The notes: generated by a model not told the origin, from the sequence alone. DNA of 64,000 nt from Chloroflexota bacterium (GCA_040389445.1 JAZJZX010000002.1:256102-320101), one strand, 5' to 3'. Counted from the first letter of the stretch, positions 19,533-29,698 are shown. Numbers and translations are program-made.

Positions 19533-21908
19533 GTGGCGAATCGCCGACGAGCTGCACCCCGCCGCTCACGCCGCCGATCCGGCTTCGCCCTGCCCCGCCT
19601 TGATCTTCCGGCCGTCAATCCGGAAGTGGCGCGCTCGATCATCGGGATCATGCTGCTGGTCCTCGGAGCCGTCACGCTCATCGCCCTGGTCCTGCCCGGC
19701 CAGGGACGGCTGACCGACTGGTGGATCGGGTCGGTTGGACCGTGGTTCGGCAGCCTTCGGTGGCTGCTGCCGTTCCTGCTCCTTGGGGCGGGCTGGTACC
19801 TGGAGTGGGGACCGGGCACGCGGCCGCAATCGGGTTGGGGCGTTACGATCGTCGGCCTGGTGGTCGCCTACATCGCGACGCTGGGCGCCGTGCAGGTCAC
19901 GGGCGTCTGGAGTGGCGGCAAGCTGGGCCGGTTCCTGGAAGATCTGCTGGTCGACCCGGTGACGGCTCCCGGCGCCTTCGTCCTGCTCGTCGCGATCGCC
20001 GCGGTGGGCGTCATGCTGGCGTTCAACCTCCCGCTGCGCGACCTCGTCCGGCCCGGCACACGGGCGGCCCGCTGGCTCGGGACGACCGTGTCGGCCTCGA
20101 TGCAGCGTGAGGCGCGCCAGGACCAATTCGGGCGTGACACGGGCCGGGCCACGGCTGGAAGCACGGATCGAACCGCCGCTGGCCGTTCCGCCTCGCGGGC
20201 GGGACGCGTCGCGGTCTCCGGTGCCGCCTCGAGCGGACAGACGGGCATCTGGGGCGGCGACGAGCCGGAGCGCATTCCCGCGGGTGTTCCCTCCCAGGCT
20301 CCGACATCGGCGACGTTTGCCCCGGCCCGGAACGGGAACGCGGTTTCCGAGGGCGGCAACGGCGCGTCGGTCGGCACTCCGGGCGTCCGGGCCCTCCGCG
20401 ACCCCGACGACATCACGGATGCGTCCGATTCGCCGCCCACGCGCGAACGGCGCGAATACGTCCTGCCGCCGCTTGGTCTTCTCGACCTTGCACTCGAGCC
20501 GCTCGTTTCGGGAGGCGAGTCCGATGCCCTCCATCGCCGGAACGAGGAAATCATCGTCAAGAAGCTCGCCAGCTTCGACATACCGGCCCAGATCATCGGG
20601 CGGAATGCCGGCCCGGTCGTGACCCAGTACGAGGTCCAGCCGGCGCCGCACGTGAAAGTGAGCCGGATCGAGGGCCTCTCGGACGACCTTGCCATGGCGC
20701 TCGCGGCCCGATCGCTCAGGATCGAGGCGCCGATCCCCGGCAAGAGCGCCGTGGGTATCGAGATTCCCAACAAGGACTTCAACATCGTCGCCCTGCGCGG
20801 GATCCTGGAGTCGGTGGACTTCGCGAGCACCGGGACGTCCCGTCTCACCTTTGCCCTCGGACGCGACGTGGCTGGTCGGGCGCAGGCCGTCGACCTCGCC
20901 AAGATGCCCCACCTCCTGATCGCCGGCGCCACAGGCTCGGGCAAGAGCGTCATGGTCAACGCCCTCATCACGAGCCTCCTGTGCAACTCGACACCCGACG
21001 ACGTGCGGATGATCCTGATGGACCTGAAGCGCGTGGAGCTGGCCTCGTACAACGGCCTGCCGCATCTCCTCGTCCCGGTGATCACGGAGCCGGAACGGGC
21101 CAAGGCGGCGCTCAAGTGGGCCGTCAACGAGATGGAGGGCCGCTATCGGCGCTTCGCCGGGGCCAGCGCCCGCAACATCCGGGGCTACAACGACACGCGT
21201 GCCGATCCAGCCGATCGCATGCCGTACATCGTCGTGGTCATCGACGAGCTCGCGGACCTGATGATGCGAGAGGGCAAGAATGTCGAGGACCCGATCGTCC
21301 GCCTGGCCCAGAAGGCCCGGGCCACCGGCATCCACATGGTCCTCGCCACACAGCGCCCGTCGGTCAATGTCGTGACGGGCCTGATCAAGGCGAACTTCCC
21401 GAGCCGCATCGCCTTCGCCATGGCGTCGCAGATCGACTCGCGCACCATCCTGGATTCCCCCGGTGCCGAGGACCTCATCGGGCGAGGGGACATGCTCTAC
21501 CAGCCCTCGGACCTGCCGCGCCCGATGCGTCTGCAGGGAGTCTTCGTCTCCGATGTCGAGATCGGCCGGATCTGCGACCACTGGCGCGGCCAGATCGACG
21601 ATCCGCACTACGACATGGCCATCGTCGAGAGTGACGAGGACTCCACCGGACAGGTCGAGGATCTCTCCGATCAGGATGCCGATCGTCTCCTACCGGACGC
21701 CGTGAACGTGATCCGGGAGTACGATCGAGCCTCGGCCTCGCTCCTGCAGCGCCGCCTGAAGATCGGCTACGCACGGGCGGCGCGGATCGTCGATCAGCTG
21801 CAGGAACGCGGCTACATCGGCGCATTCGATGGCTCGAACGCCCGTGTGGTCCTCCGACGCGAGGATCCCGTGGCCGAGCCGGATGTCGACATGATCGGGG
21901 ATGACTGA
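19533..21908 (+). CDS. ftsK: DNA translocase FtsK/SpoIIIE
   Basis: N-terminal TM segments, linker, Walker A (LLIAGATGSGKSV), Walker B (VVVIDELADLMM), C-terminal gamma wHTH domain. Confidence 0.9.
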   Translation: MANRRRAAPRRSRRRSGFALPRLDLPAVNPEVARSIIGIMLLVLGAVTLIALVLPGQGRLTDWWIGSVGPWFGSLRWLLPFLLLGAGWYLEWGPGTRPQSGWGVTIVGLVVAYIATLGAVQVTGVWSGGKLGRFLEDLLVDPVTAPGAFVLLVAIAAVGVMLAFNLPLRDLVRPGTRAARWLGTTVSASMQREARQDQFGRDTGRATAGSTDRTAAGRSASRAGRVAVSGAASSGQTGIWGGDEPERIPAGVPSQAPTSATFAPARNGNAVSEGGNGASVGTPGVRALRDPDDITDASDSPPTRERREYVLPPLGLLDLALEPLVSGGESDALHRRNEEIIVKKLASFDIPAQIIGRNAGPVVTQYEVQPAPHVKVSRIEGLSDDLAMALAARSLRIEAPIPGKSAVGIEIPNKDFNIVALRGILESVDFASTGTSRLTFALGRDVAGRAQAVDLAKMPHLLIAGATGSGKSVMVNALITSLLCNSTPDDVRMILMDLKRVELASYNGLPHLLVPVITEPERAKAALKWAVNEMEGRYRRFAGASARNIRGYNDTRADPADRMPYIVVVIDELADLMMREGKNVEDPIVRLAQKARATGIHMVLATQRPSVNVVTGLIKANFPSRIAFAMASQIDSRTILDSPGAEDLIGRGDMLYQPSDLPRPMRLQGVFVSDVEIGRICDHWRGQIDDPHYDMAIVESDEDSTGQVEDLSDQDADRLLPDAVNVIREYDRASASLLQRRLKIGYARAARIVDQLQERGYIGAFDGSNARVVLRREDPVAEPDVDMIGDD

Positions 21909-23331
21909 CGACGTGGGCATGAGCGAGGAAGCGCGCCGCTCCCGGGCCGAAACGCGGTCGGCAGCGCGCGGCCGGGAGCGGACCGAGCCGGCGCCCGACC
22001 CGACACCTTCGCTCCCGGATCGGCTCGCCGGCGCCCGCGAACGCAAGGGCGTCGATCTGTTCCGCGCAGAACGGGACACCAAGATCAGGGCGCGGTACCT
22101 GGCAGCGCTGGAGCGCGGGGATTACCGCGACCTGCCCGGTGCCGTCTATACCAAGGGCTTCCTGCGCAACTACGCGCTGTATCTCGGTCTCGACCCGGAA
22201 GACGTCCTGAGGCAGTGGCGCCGCGAGCGCGGGGATCAGACCCCCACCGAAGCGGTGGTCATCGCGCCGAGGACCATCGTCGAGGCGCCTCGAACGCTGA
22301 CCTTTTCTCCTTCCGTGGTGGTTGCCGCACTCATGACGTTCGGGGTCATCCTGTTCGGCTTCTATCTTGCGGTTCAGCTCCTGAGGTTCGCCAAGCCACC
22401 GACGCTGGCGGTCACGAATCCGGCGAGCGCGGTCGTCGAGGTGGACGAATCGACGACGTCATTCGTCATCACGGGCTCGTCCTCACCGGGCGCGACCGTC
22501 ACGGTCTCGATCCCGGGTCAGACGCAGCCTCGGCGGGTCACGGCACTCTCGGACGGCTCGTGGAGCGTGACGGTTGACCTTCGACGCGGAACGAACCAGT
22601 TCGACATCGATGCGGTGGATCCCGAGACGGGCAAGCCGACCGAAACGCCTCAGAAGGTGATCATCAAGGTTCCCTACCTGGTGATCCAGGCTCCGACACT
22701 CACGGTGACCCAACCCCAGGACGGCGCGACCTATGAGAACGGCGCGATCCCGGTGGAGGGCACCACGTCGAACGCCCAGAACGTGGTCGTCACGGCCAGG
22801 TACCTCGGGGCCCCCGGCGGAACGCCGCCGGCGGCAACGCCGACGCCCGATCCAACGGCAACGCCGGCGCCCGGCGCGAGTGCCGAGCCGCCCGGGGGCG
22901 CCAACACGGTTTCCGTCACGGTGGGGGACGACGGTTCGTTCACGACGCCCCTCGAACTCACCGAAGGGAGCTGGTCGATCCAGATCACCGCTACCTCGCC
23001 GGAAGGAAAGACGACGTCACTCGCCCGCACCGTCACCGTTGCCTATACGGGCGTCAACCTCGTGGTTTCGATCGTCGGCGGGGACGCCTGGATCAAGGTC
23101 TGGGTGGATGGCGTGCTCGACCCGTCGATCTCGGCCAGTGGCAAGGTGTTCTCCAACGGGAGGACGCTCACCTTCACGGGCAAGACTTCGGTGGAGGTGC
23201 GGAGCGGATCGTCCGGCTTCACGCAGTTCACGCTGAACGGCGTCTCGTTGGGCGCGCTCGGTCGACCGGGGATCCCGGAAACCTGGCGATTCGAGCCGCC
23301 GGCGCCCCCCACGCTGACCCAGCGCCGCTGA
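21901..23331 (+). CDS. RodZ-like protein: N-terminal HTH_25 domain, one TM helix, Ig-like middle region, C-terminal DUF4115
   Basis: HTH region (…ERDTKIRARYLAALERGDYRDLPGAVYTKGFLRNYALYLGLD…), TM (VVVAALMTFGVILFGFYLAVQLL), C-terminal DUF4115-like segment (…AWIKVWVDG…FTLNG…). Confidence 0.65.
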   Translation: MTDDVGMSEEARRSRAETRSAARGRERTEPAPDPTPSLPDRLAGARERKGVDLFRAERDTKIRARYLAALERGDYRDLPGAVYTKGFLRNYALYLGLDPEDVLRQWRRERGDQTPTEAVVIAPRTIVEAPRTLTFSPSVVVAALMTFGVILFGFYLAVQLLRFAKPPTLAVTNPASAVVEVDESTTSFVITGSSSPGATVTVSIPGQTQPRRVTALSDGSWSVTVDLRRGTNQFDIDAVDPETGKPTETPQKVIIKVPYLVIQAPTLTVTQPQDGATYENGAIPVEGTTSNAQNVVVTARYLGAPGGTPPAATPTPDPTATPAPGASAEPPGGANTVSVTVGDDGSFTTPLELTEGSWSIQITATSPEGKTTSLARTVTVAYTGVNLVVSIVGGDAWIKVWVDGVLDPSISASGKVFSNGRTLTFTGKTSVEVRSGSSGFTQFTLNGVSLGALGRPGIPETWRFEPPAPPTLTQRR

Positions 23332-23337
23332 CGCGCC

Positions 23338-23847
23338 ATGGCTGATGCGGAGCTCCTCGCGCTGGCAGGGCGCCTGCAGGGCCTCTGCCTCGGTCGTGGG
23401 CTGACCGTGGGACTCGCCGAATCGTGCACCGGCGGCCTCGTGGCGGCAACCCTGACCGAGGTCCCGGGGGCGTCCGGATACTTCCGCGGAGCGATCGTGG
23501 CGTATGCCGACTCCGCCAAGGTCGTGCTGCTGGACGTTCCCGAAGCAACGCTGGCAGCGCATGGGGCCGTGAGCGCCCAGACGGCCCGCGCCATGGCGAT
23601 CGGGGCGCGGGACCGACTGAGGGTATCCGTGGCGGCCTCGGTGACTGGAGTCTCCGGCCCCGACGGCGGGTCGGATGAGAAACCCGTGGGTCTCACCTAC
23701 ATCGGGCTTGCCGAGGCCGGGTTCGCGGATGTTCGGCGCCACCTCTGGACCGGCGATCGCGCGGCCAATCGGCACGATACGGTCCGGGCCACCTTGCGCT
23801 GGCTGATCGAGCATGTCGAGACGCTGACCGCGGACGGCGACGCGTGA
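23338..23847 (+). CDS. CinA C-terminal domain / nicotinamide-nucleotide amidohydrolase PncC-like
   Basis: GLAESCTGGLVAATLT ... GYFRGAIVAYADSAK ... VSGPDGG signature of the CinA_C/PncC family. Confidence 0.8.
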   Translation: MADAELLALAGRLQGLCLGRGLTVGLAESCTGGLVAATLTEVPGASGYFRGAIVAYADSAKVVLLDVPEATLAAHGAVSAQTARAMAIGARDRLRVSVAASVTGVSGPDGGSDEKPVGLTYIGLAEAGFADVRRHLWTGDRAANRHDTVRATLRWLIEHVETLTADGDA

Positions 23848-25406
23848 CGCGGTCCGCTGCAGAGATCGGATCGGGCCTCGCGCCGGTCCGGAAGGCGCGG
23901 CCGATCGTCCCGGGCGAGCGGATCCACGTCGTCGGAATCGCCGGCGCCGGCGCATCGGCCGCCGCGCTCCTCGCACGTGCCGCCGGCGCCGAGGTGAGCG
24001 GTTGCGATCCGGGAGGTCCGTCGCCCTATTCACCGGCGGTGGAGAGCGCCGGCATCTCCACGGACTGGCGGCACGACGCGGCCCACGTGACCGTCGGCCG
24101 CCCACCCTCCAGGCTCGCCGTCACCAAGGCGCTGACCGCGGTGACCCCGGACCATGTCGAGCTGCGCGCGGCAACATCGGCCGGCATCCCGGTTGAGTCG
24201 TGGCAGCAGGTCGTTGCGGATGCCGCCGTGGGCAAACGGCTGGTGGCCGTGGCCGGGACGCATGGCAAGAGCACCACGAGCGGCTGGCTGGTTCACACCC
24301 TCGCCCACGCCGGGATGGATCCCTCGGCGTTCGTCGGCGCCCTGCTGCCGCCGAGCGTGACCCGGGCCGGGGCTGCGACCGCCCGCGTCGGGACCGGCGA
24401 GGTGTTCGTGGTGGAAGCCGACGAATATGCGGGAAACTTCGATGCCTTCGTGCCCGACGTCGCAGTCCTGACCAGCGTCGAGTGGGATCACCCCGATGTC
24501 TTCCCCGATCTCGCCGCAGTGCAGGCCGCCTTCGCGACGTGGATCCGCCACATGCCCGGCGGCGCGACCCTGGTGGCCAATGTCGGGGATGCCGGCGTGG
24601 AGGCGCTGCTGAGCTCGATTGCGCCAACGCTGTCCCTCCGGGTGATTGCCTATGCCTTGACCGACGTCCCGCCGGAGCGCGGCGGGTACCTCCGCGGCAT
24701 TGCCGCCCAGTACGCGACGGCCGTGGGTCCGGCGATCGGGCTCCTCGGCCGCGTGACCGGAGTGACGCCCGCCGGGACCACGATCGAGATCTCCGGACTC
24801 GACCCGCTTGCGGGCCCCGTCGTCGTCCAACTGCCCACTGCCGGACGTCACAACGTGGCCAACGCGCTCGGCGTGGCCGGTGCGGCCGTGACGCTCGGAC
24901 TCGAACCGGCTTCGATCGTCGCCGGGATCGAGACCTTCACGGGGATCGGGCGGCGCCTCGAACGAAAAGGCGAAGCCGCCGGTGTCGTCGTGTATGACGA
25001 CTATGGCCACCATCCGACCGCCATCCGCGAGACCATCGCCGCCGTCCGTCAGCGGGAGCCGGGCCGGAGGCTGTGGGCGGTCCATGAACCCCTGACGTTC
25101 CATCGCACGGCGGCCATGCTGAGTGATCTGGCGGCGGCCCTCGCCGGGGCGGATGCGATCGCGATTGCCGATATCTGGGCGGGCCGCGATCCCGACACGA
25201 CGCTCACGAACTCGGAGGTGCTCGCCACGGCGGTTCGGCGCCTGGTGCCGAACGCTACGGTGGGAGCGCCCGGGTCGGTTGAGACCACCGCCGAGTGGCT
25301 GTCGCGCATGGTGAGGAGCGGCGACGTTGTGCTGGTCATGGGCGGCGGCCACAGCTACCGCATCGGGGAGCTGTTGCTGGAGCATCTCGAGGGGCGCGGC
25401 GGATGA
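23844..25406 (+). CDS. Mur ligase family protein, MurC/Mpl-like (UDP-N-acetylmuramate-L-alanine ligase-like)
   Basis: N-terminal Rossmann (IHVVGIAGAGASAAALL...VSGCD); ATP-binding P-loop AVAGTHGKSTTS; Mur ligase middle and C-terminal domains. MurC versus Mpl cannot be decided from sequence alone. Confidence 0.7.
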   Translation: MTRSAAEIGSGLAPVRKARPIVPGERIHVVGIAGAGASAAALLARAAGAEVSGCDPGGPSPYSPAVESAGISTDWRHDAAHVTVGRPPSRLAVTKALTAVTPDHVELRAATSAGIPVESWQQVVADAAVGKRLVAVAGTHGKSTTSGWLVHTLAHAGMDPSAFVGALLPPSVTRAGAATARVGTGEVFVVEADEYAGNFDAFVPDVAVLTSVEWDHPDVFPDLAAVQAAFATWIRHMPGGATLVANVGDAGVEALLSSIAPTLSLRVIAYALTDVPPERGGYLRGIAAQYATAVGPAIGLLGRVTGVTPAGTTIEISGLDPLAGPVVVQLPTAGRHNVANALGVAGAAVTLGLEPASIVAGIETFTGIGRRLERKGEAAGVVVYDDYGHHPTAIRETIAAVRQREPGRRLWAVHEPLTFHRTAAMLSDLAAALAGADAIAIADIWAGRDPDTTLTNSEVLATAVRRLVPNATVGAPGSVETTAEWLSRMVRSGDVVLVMGGGHSYRIGELLLEHLEGRGG

Positions 25407-25792
25407 CCTCGATCGACCACGCGGCGGCCGGCGAGTTGCTGGATCGGTTCGCGCAGGCCAGGTGTTCGTGGGACGGCGATCGATGGGTGGGCCTGTTCAC
25501 GCCCGACGCCGAGTCCCACCACGACCCCTTCCTGCCGCCGTTCGTGGGCCACAACGACCTTCGAGCCAGCCTTCTCAAGGCCTCGGAATTCGAGGAACAG
25601 GTAGAGTTGACCTTCGAGCGTCACTGGGTCGTCCCACCGACGATCCTGGCAGTCTGGCATGCGAGCCACGTCCACCGACGGACGCGTGCACGCATCCGTT
25701 TCGCCGGGTTCGCGACGTTCGAGATCGCGGACGATGGCCGGATTCGCAAGGCGCGGTTCTGGTACAACCGGCACGAGTCGCCGGTCGAGTAG
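25403..25792 (+). CDS. NTF2-like / SnoaL-like small protein
   Basis: About 130 aa with the cone-shaped alpha+beta family pattern (…DRWVGLFTPDAESHHDPF…); ATGA overlap with the preceding gene. Confidence 0.5.
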   Translation: MTSIDHAAAGELLDRFAQARCSWDGDRWVGLFTPDAESHHDPFLPPFVGHNDLRASLLKASEFEEQVELTFERHWVVPPTILAVWHASHVHRRTRARIRFAGFATFEIADDGRIRKARFWYNRHESPVE

Positions 25793-25809
25793 GGGAGGCA
25801 GGGAGCGAT

Positions 25810-26301
25810 ATGGCCGGAGATGTCTCCTTCGACGTCGTCAGTGAATTCGACGTCATGGAACTGCGAAACGCGCTCGACCAGGTCCGCCGCGAGGTCGGGC
25901 AGCGCTACGACTTCAAGGGTGCGACGGTCGAGATCGAACAGTCGGCCACCGAAATCAACCTGCTCACCGACGACGAGTTCCGGGCGGGTGCCATCAAGGA
26001 TCTCATCGAATCGAAGGCCGTCCGTCGGAACCTGTCGCTCAAGATCTTCGACTGGGGCAAGGTGGAGCCTGCAGGTGGCAACAAGGTGCGCCAGAAGGTC
26101 ACCCTGCGCCAGGGCCTGACCGATGACCTCGCCAAGAAGCTCTCGAAGTTGATCCGGGATGAATTCCCGAAGGTCAAATCGCAGATCCAGGGCGATGCGC
26201 TGCGGGTCTCGGGCAAGAACAAGGACGACCTCCAGCGCGTGATCGCTCGACTTCGGGACCTCGATGAGGTCGTTCCATTGCAGTTCCAGAACTACCGCTG
26301 A
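25810..26301 (+). CDS. yajQ: YajQ-family (UPF0234) nucleotide / c-di-GMP-binding protein
   Basis: SFDVVSEFDVMELRNALDQVRREVGQRYDFKG ... typical YajQ sequence, 163 aa. Confidence 0.8.
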   Translation: MAGDVSFDVVSEFDVMELRNALDQVRREVGQRYDFKGATVEIEQSATEINLLTDDEFRAGAIKDLIESKAVRRNLSLKIFDWGKVEPAGGNKVRQKVTLRQGLTDDLAKKLSKLIRDEFPKVKSQIQGDALRVSGKNKDDLQRVIARLRDLDEVVPLQFQNYR

Positions 26302-26407
26302 ATTCGATGATGCCCGGAGCGCGCTTCAGCCGCCTCATTGTCGGACTCGTCGCCATCATCCTGATCCTGAGCATGCTCCTCGGCGCCCTCCCGACGACGG
26401 GGCTGTG

Positions 26408-28321
26408 ATGGACGAGATCGCTCCTCCCGAAACACCCGGGCCGGCGATCGCGACGGCCAGGGACCGCAACCGGGAGTCCGAGGCCGCCCTCGCGCCGGAG
26501 CTTGAGCCCCAGCCGGACGAACCGGAGGAGCCGGCCCAGGGGCCCGAGCCGGACGAACCGGAGGAGCCGGCCCAGGGGCCCGAGCCGGACGAGCCCGCCC
26601 TGGGTTCCGAGCCGGACGAGCCCGACCAGCCCGACGAGCCGGCCGCTCCCGCTCCCGAGCCCCCGCAGCCGATCACCGTCGGCCGCATGGTGGCGAACGC
26701 CCTTCGAAAGGCCGGGGTGCGCTGGGCATTCACGGTTCCGGGCGAGAGTTTCCTCGGGCTGATCGACGGGTTGACGGCCGTCGGGATCCATGTCGTGGCG
26801 ACACGCCATGAAGGTGCGGCCGCATTCATGGCCGAAGCGCACGCGCAACTCACCGGACGGCCGGCAGCCTGCCTGGCTACCCGCGCCGTGGGCGCTGCGA
26901 ATCTCTCCATCGGCATCCACACGGCCTACGCCGACTCGAGCCCGATGTTTGCGCTCGTCGGGCAGGTCGAGCGCTCTGCCCGGGGCCGTGAGGGCTTTCA
27001 GGAGGTCGATCTCGTCCGGACGGTCGGCGGCCTGGCCAAATGGTCATCGGAGCCGCGAGATACCGAGGAGGCCGTCGTTTCAGTGACCCGGGCCGTCGAG
27101 CAGGCGACCACGGGCCGGCCCGGTCCCGTCGTGCTGGCGTTGGCCGAGGACCTGCTCGATGCCGTCGTTCCCGACGGGCTGGGTCCCGAGCCGGCACGAA
27201 TCTCGCCTCGCCGCCCGGACGACGACGAGGTCGGCGCGGTGCTGCGGCTCCTCGCCAACGCCGAGCGACCCGTGATTCTCGCCGGAGGTGGGATCCTTCG
27301 GGCGCGTACGTCCAACGACCTGGTCCACCTGGCCGAGCTGCTCCGTGTCCCGGTGATCGCCGCGTGGCGCCGCGGAGACGTCATTCCGAATGACCACCCG
27401 CTCTACCTGGGGATGACCGGCTACGGGGCTCCCACGGTCGTCCGCGAACGACTGGCCGAGGCGGATGCCATGCTGGTGATCGGCTGCCGACTCGGCGAGA
27501 TCGCCTCGTACGGCTGGTCGATTCCCTCCGCCACCACCAGGTGGGCGCACGTCGATATCGCCCCGATCCGACCGAGCCGGGAACTCCCGTCCGCAACGTG
27601 GGCCATCGAGTCCGACGCAAAGCAGTTCCTCCGGGCCGCGGTCACGCGGCTGGAGAGTCGCGGTGTGCTCGATGCCGTGTCTGCCGATGCTCGGGTTGTC
27701 CGCAACCAGGCTGATCGGGCGGCCTGGGAAGCGGCCACTGTCATCGACGCCCATCCGTGGACGGGGCCCGGGATCCATCCGGGCCGCATCGTCACGACAC
27801 TCCGGGAGGCCCTCCCGGAGGATGCGATCGTCACGACCGATGCCGGCAGCTTTGGCGGCTGGGTGGCCCGTGGGTTCCGATTTCGCCGGCCCGGCACGTT
27901 CCTGGGACCGACCTCCGGGGCCATGGGTTACGGGCTTCCCGCGGCCATCGCTGCGGGTCTCGTCCATCGCGATCGCGCCGTGGTCGCGGTCGTCGGCGAC
28001 GGTGGTCTCGGCATGACCGTCGCGGAGCTCGAGACCGCCGTGCGTCACGGGCTCCGGACCATCGTATTGTGCTTCGACAACGAGCAGTACGGCATGATCC
28101 GTACCTATCAGGATCGACGGGAAGATGGTTCGACGGCCGCGACGGACCTGGGGCCCGTTGACTGGGCTGCGGTTGCGCGGGGTTTCGGAGCGCGGGGCGT
28201 TCGGGTCGAGACCGACGCCGCCTTTCTCCCCGCGCTTCAGCAGGCCCTGGTTGCCGATCGCCCGACCGTCGTGCACCTCGTGATGGATCGCCGCTGGACC
28301 GGGGTCGACGCCCGTCCCTGA
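26408..28321 (+). CDS. thiamine-pyrophosphate-dependent enzyme (acetolactate synthase large-subunit-like) with roughly 90-aa acidic Pro/Glu-rich repetitive N-terminal extension
   Basis: TPP N-terminal (pyrimidine-binding), central and C-terminal TPP-binding domains (GDGG...N motif: VVGDGGLGMTVAELETAVRH ... CFDNEQYGMI). Confidence 0.75.
   Translation: MDEIAPPETPGPAIATARDRNRESEAALAPELEPQPDEPEEPAQGPEPDEPEEPAQGPEPDEPALGSEPDEPDQPDEPAAPAPEPPQPITVGRMVANALRKAGVRWAFTVPGESFLGLIDGLTAVGIHVVATRHEGAAAFMAEAHAQLTGRPAACLATRAVGAANLSIGIHTAYADSSPMFALVGQVERSARGREGFQEVDLVRTVGGLAKWSSEPRDTEEAVVSVTRAVEQATTGRPGPVVLALAEDLLDAVVPDGLGPEPARISPRRPDDDEVGAVLRLLANAERPVILAGGGILRARTSNDLVHLAELLRVPVIAAWRRGDVIPNDHPLYLGMTGYGAPTVVRERLAEADAMLVIGCRLGEIASYGWSIPSATTRWAHVDIAPIRPSRELPSATWAIESDAKQFLRAAVTRLESRGVLDAVSADARVVRNQADRAAWEAATVIDAHPWTGPGIHPGRIVTTLREALPEDAIVTTDAGSFGGWVARGFRFRRPGTFLGPTSGAMGYGLPAAIAAGLVHRDRAVVAVVGDGGLGMTVAELETAVRHGLRTIVLCFDNEQYGMIRTYQDRREDGSTAATDLGPVDWAAVARGFGARGVRVETDAAFLPALQQALVADRPTVVHLVMDRRWTGVDARP
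26518..26589 (+). repeat. 36-bp perfect tandem duplication encoding PEPDEPEEPAQG x2 in the N-terminal tail of the TPP enzyme
   Basis: gaaccggaggagccggcccaggggcccgagccggac occurs twice consecutively, followed by diverged copies. Confidence 0.6.
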
Positions 28322-28419
28322 TCCGGGCGGCGTGCCCGCGGGCGGCGTGCGCGCCGGACGTGCGCGCCGGACCTCCGCCTCATCCAGACGGCGGGTTCCC
28401 GACGGCACCCGTGACCGAC

Positions 28420-28809
28420 TCAGGCCACCTGCGTCGCGAAGATCTGGTCCAGCGTTGCCGCGGGATCCTCACTCAGGCCCGAATGCACGGCGGACGGCTG
28501 GATCATGGTGCTCGACGGGCTGACCACCCAGCGAAAGCGCTCCGGCGCGGCGAGCGCCGCGATCGGCCCGGCCGAGGGATCTCCCTGAACGATGCGCTCG
28601 ATCACCCGCAGGTGGTCGACGATGGCATCGATGTCGGCCTGCGGTGCGAGGGCCAGCACGGCGGCACGACGCGGCGCATCGAGCTCGATCCGGGTGCCGA
28701 GGAACTGGAGCGTCCGGCAGAACAGCACGACGCCGACATTGATCCGTTCCCCTCGCTCGACACGAGGCACAAGGCGGAGCACGGCATATTCGAACGGCTC
28801 AGCGCCCAC
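28420..28809 (-). CDS. DUF3037-family protein
   Basis: EPFEYAVLRLVPRVERGERINVGVVLF motif characteristic of DUF3037; GTG start at 28809 overlapping the end of the upstream kinase gene. Confidence 0.6.
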   Translation of the reverse strand: MGAEPFEYAVLRLVPRVERGERINVGVVLFCRTLQFLGTRIELDAPRRAAVLALAPQADIDAIVDHLRVIERIVQGDPSAGPIAALAAPERFRWVVSPSSTMIQPSAVHSGLSEDPAATLDQIFATQVA

Positions 28810-29638
28810 GGTGTGCCTCGTCGGGCCGTGCCTCCGCGAGCCGTGACTCGTCAGGCCGTGCCTCGTCGAGCCGTGCGGAGAGGGCGGCGTTCGCGGAGCG
28901 GCGAAGACTGAGGTAACGCGCGTACGCCTCTCGCTGTCCGGACGGCCCTCCCACCGAGCTGTCGGCGGCAAGCCACGAGTCCGGCACATGGGCAATGGCG
29001 TGGCGGACGGCCGCGTCGGTCACGAGCGGCGCGAGCCGGGTGTGGGCATCCTCGAGCCGACCGGCAGCAGGGAGCAGGACGTGGTCGGTGATCGTGGGAA
29101 CGGGCCGACGAGCGTGGGCATCGGGATCGCCCCAGGTGTGATGTACGTACAAGGCGGCTCCATGGTCGATGAGATACAGGCGACGGTGCCAGGTGAGGAT
29201 ATTCGGGTTGCGGGCTGAGCGATCGCTGTTCGTGACCAGCGAGTCGAACCAGACGACATCCGCCGCGAAGCCTGGATCCGGCTGCGCGTCCGCCGCCGGG
29301 CTGTAGGTGAGTGACCCGGGCAGGAAGTCGAGGCCCACGTTGAGGCCGGGACTCGCAACGAGCAGCTCCCGGACCCATGGATCGGGCTCGAGGTCGCCAA
29401 TCGCCGGATCGATCTCGACGAGCACGAGTTCCGGCACCGGCATTCCGAGCGTCCGCCCGAGTTCCCCGGCGATGATTTCCGCCACCAGGGCCCGGGGACC
29501 TTGCGCTGCGCCGCGGAACTTGACCAGGTACAGCCCGTCATCGTCGGCCTCGACGAGGCCGGGAAGCGACCCACCCTCCCGGAACGGGGTGACATAGCGA
29601 GTGGCCCTGACGGTCCGCATCGCGCGATCATGACCCAC
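28799..29638 (-). CDS. HipA-like / PI3-4-kinase-fold serine-threonine kinase family protein
   Basis: Catalytic-loop-like VTNSDRSARNPN (HipA/CtkA D-x-x-x-x-N pattern) and YLIDHGAAL; gene pairing with DUF3037. Confidence 0.55.
   Translation of the reverse strand: MGHDRAMRTVRATRYVTPFREGGSLPGLVEADDDGLYLVKFRGAAQGPRALVAEIIAGELGRTLGMPVPELVLVEIDPAIGDLEPDPWVRELLVASPGLNVGLDFLPGSLTYSPAADAQPDPGFAADVVWFDSLVTNSDRSARNPNILTWHRRLYLIDHGAALYVHHTWGDPDAHARRPVPTITDHVLLPAAGRLEDAHTRLAPLVTDAAVRHAIAHVPDSWLAADSSVGGPSGQREAYARYLSLRRSANAALSARLDEARPDESRLAEARPDEAHRGR
28808..28880 (-). repeat. imperfect 30-bp tandem repeat (about 2.7 copies) spanning the kinase 3-prime end and DUF3037 start
   Basis: gccgtgcctccgcgagccgtgactcgtcag / gccgtgcctcgtcgagccgtgcggagaggg. 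Encodes LDEARPDESR/LAEARPDEAH in the kinase frame and RHGLTSHGS/RRHGPTRHT in the DUF3037 frame. Confidence 0.5.
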
Positions 29639-29698
29639 TTGCCTTGGACCGGTGACGGTGACGCCCGCCCGTCGCCATGCGTCGGAGGCGCGACCGCT

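Noticed and set aside
18151-19569. 472-aa minus-strand ORF
   Set aside because: Antisense to RNase J; spurious.
19566-21608. 680-aa minus-strand ORF
   Set aside because: Antisense shadow of ftsK; no motifs; composition biased.
28330-28376. Short tandem 14-16-bp GC repeats (ggcggcgtgc.cgcgcc..) in the convergent intergenic region
   Set aside because: Only about 3 degenerate copies. Likely simple slippage in a GC-rich terminator region, not a CRISPR or a functional array.
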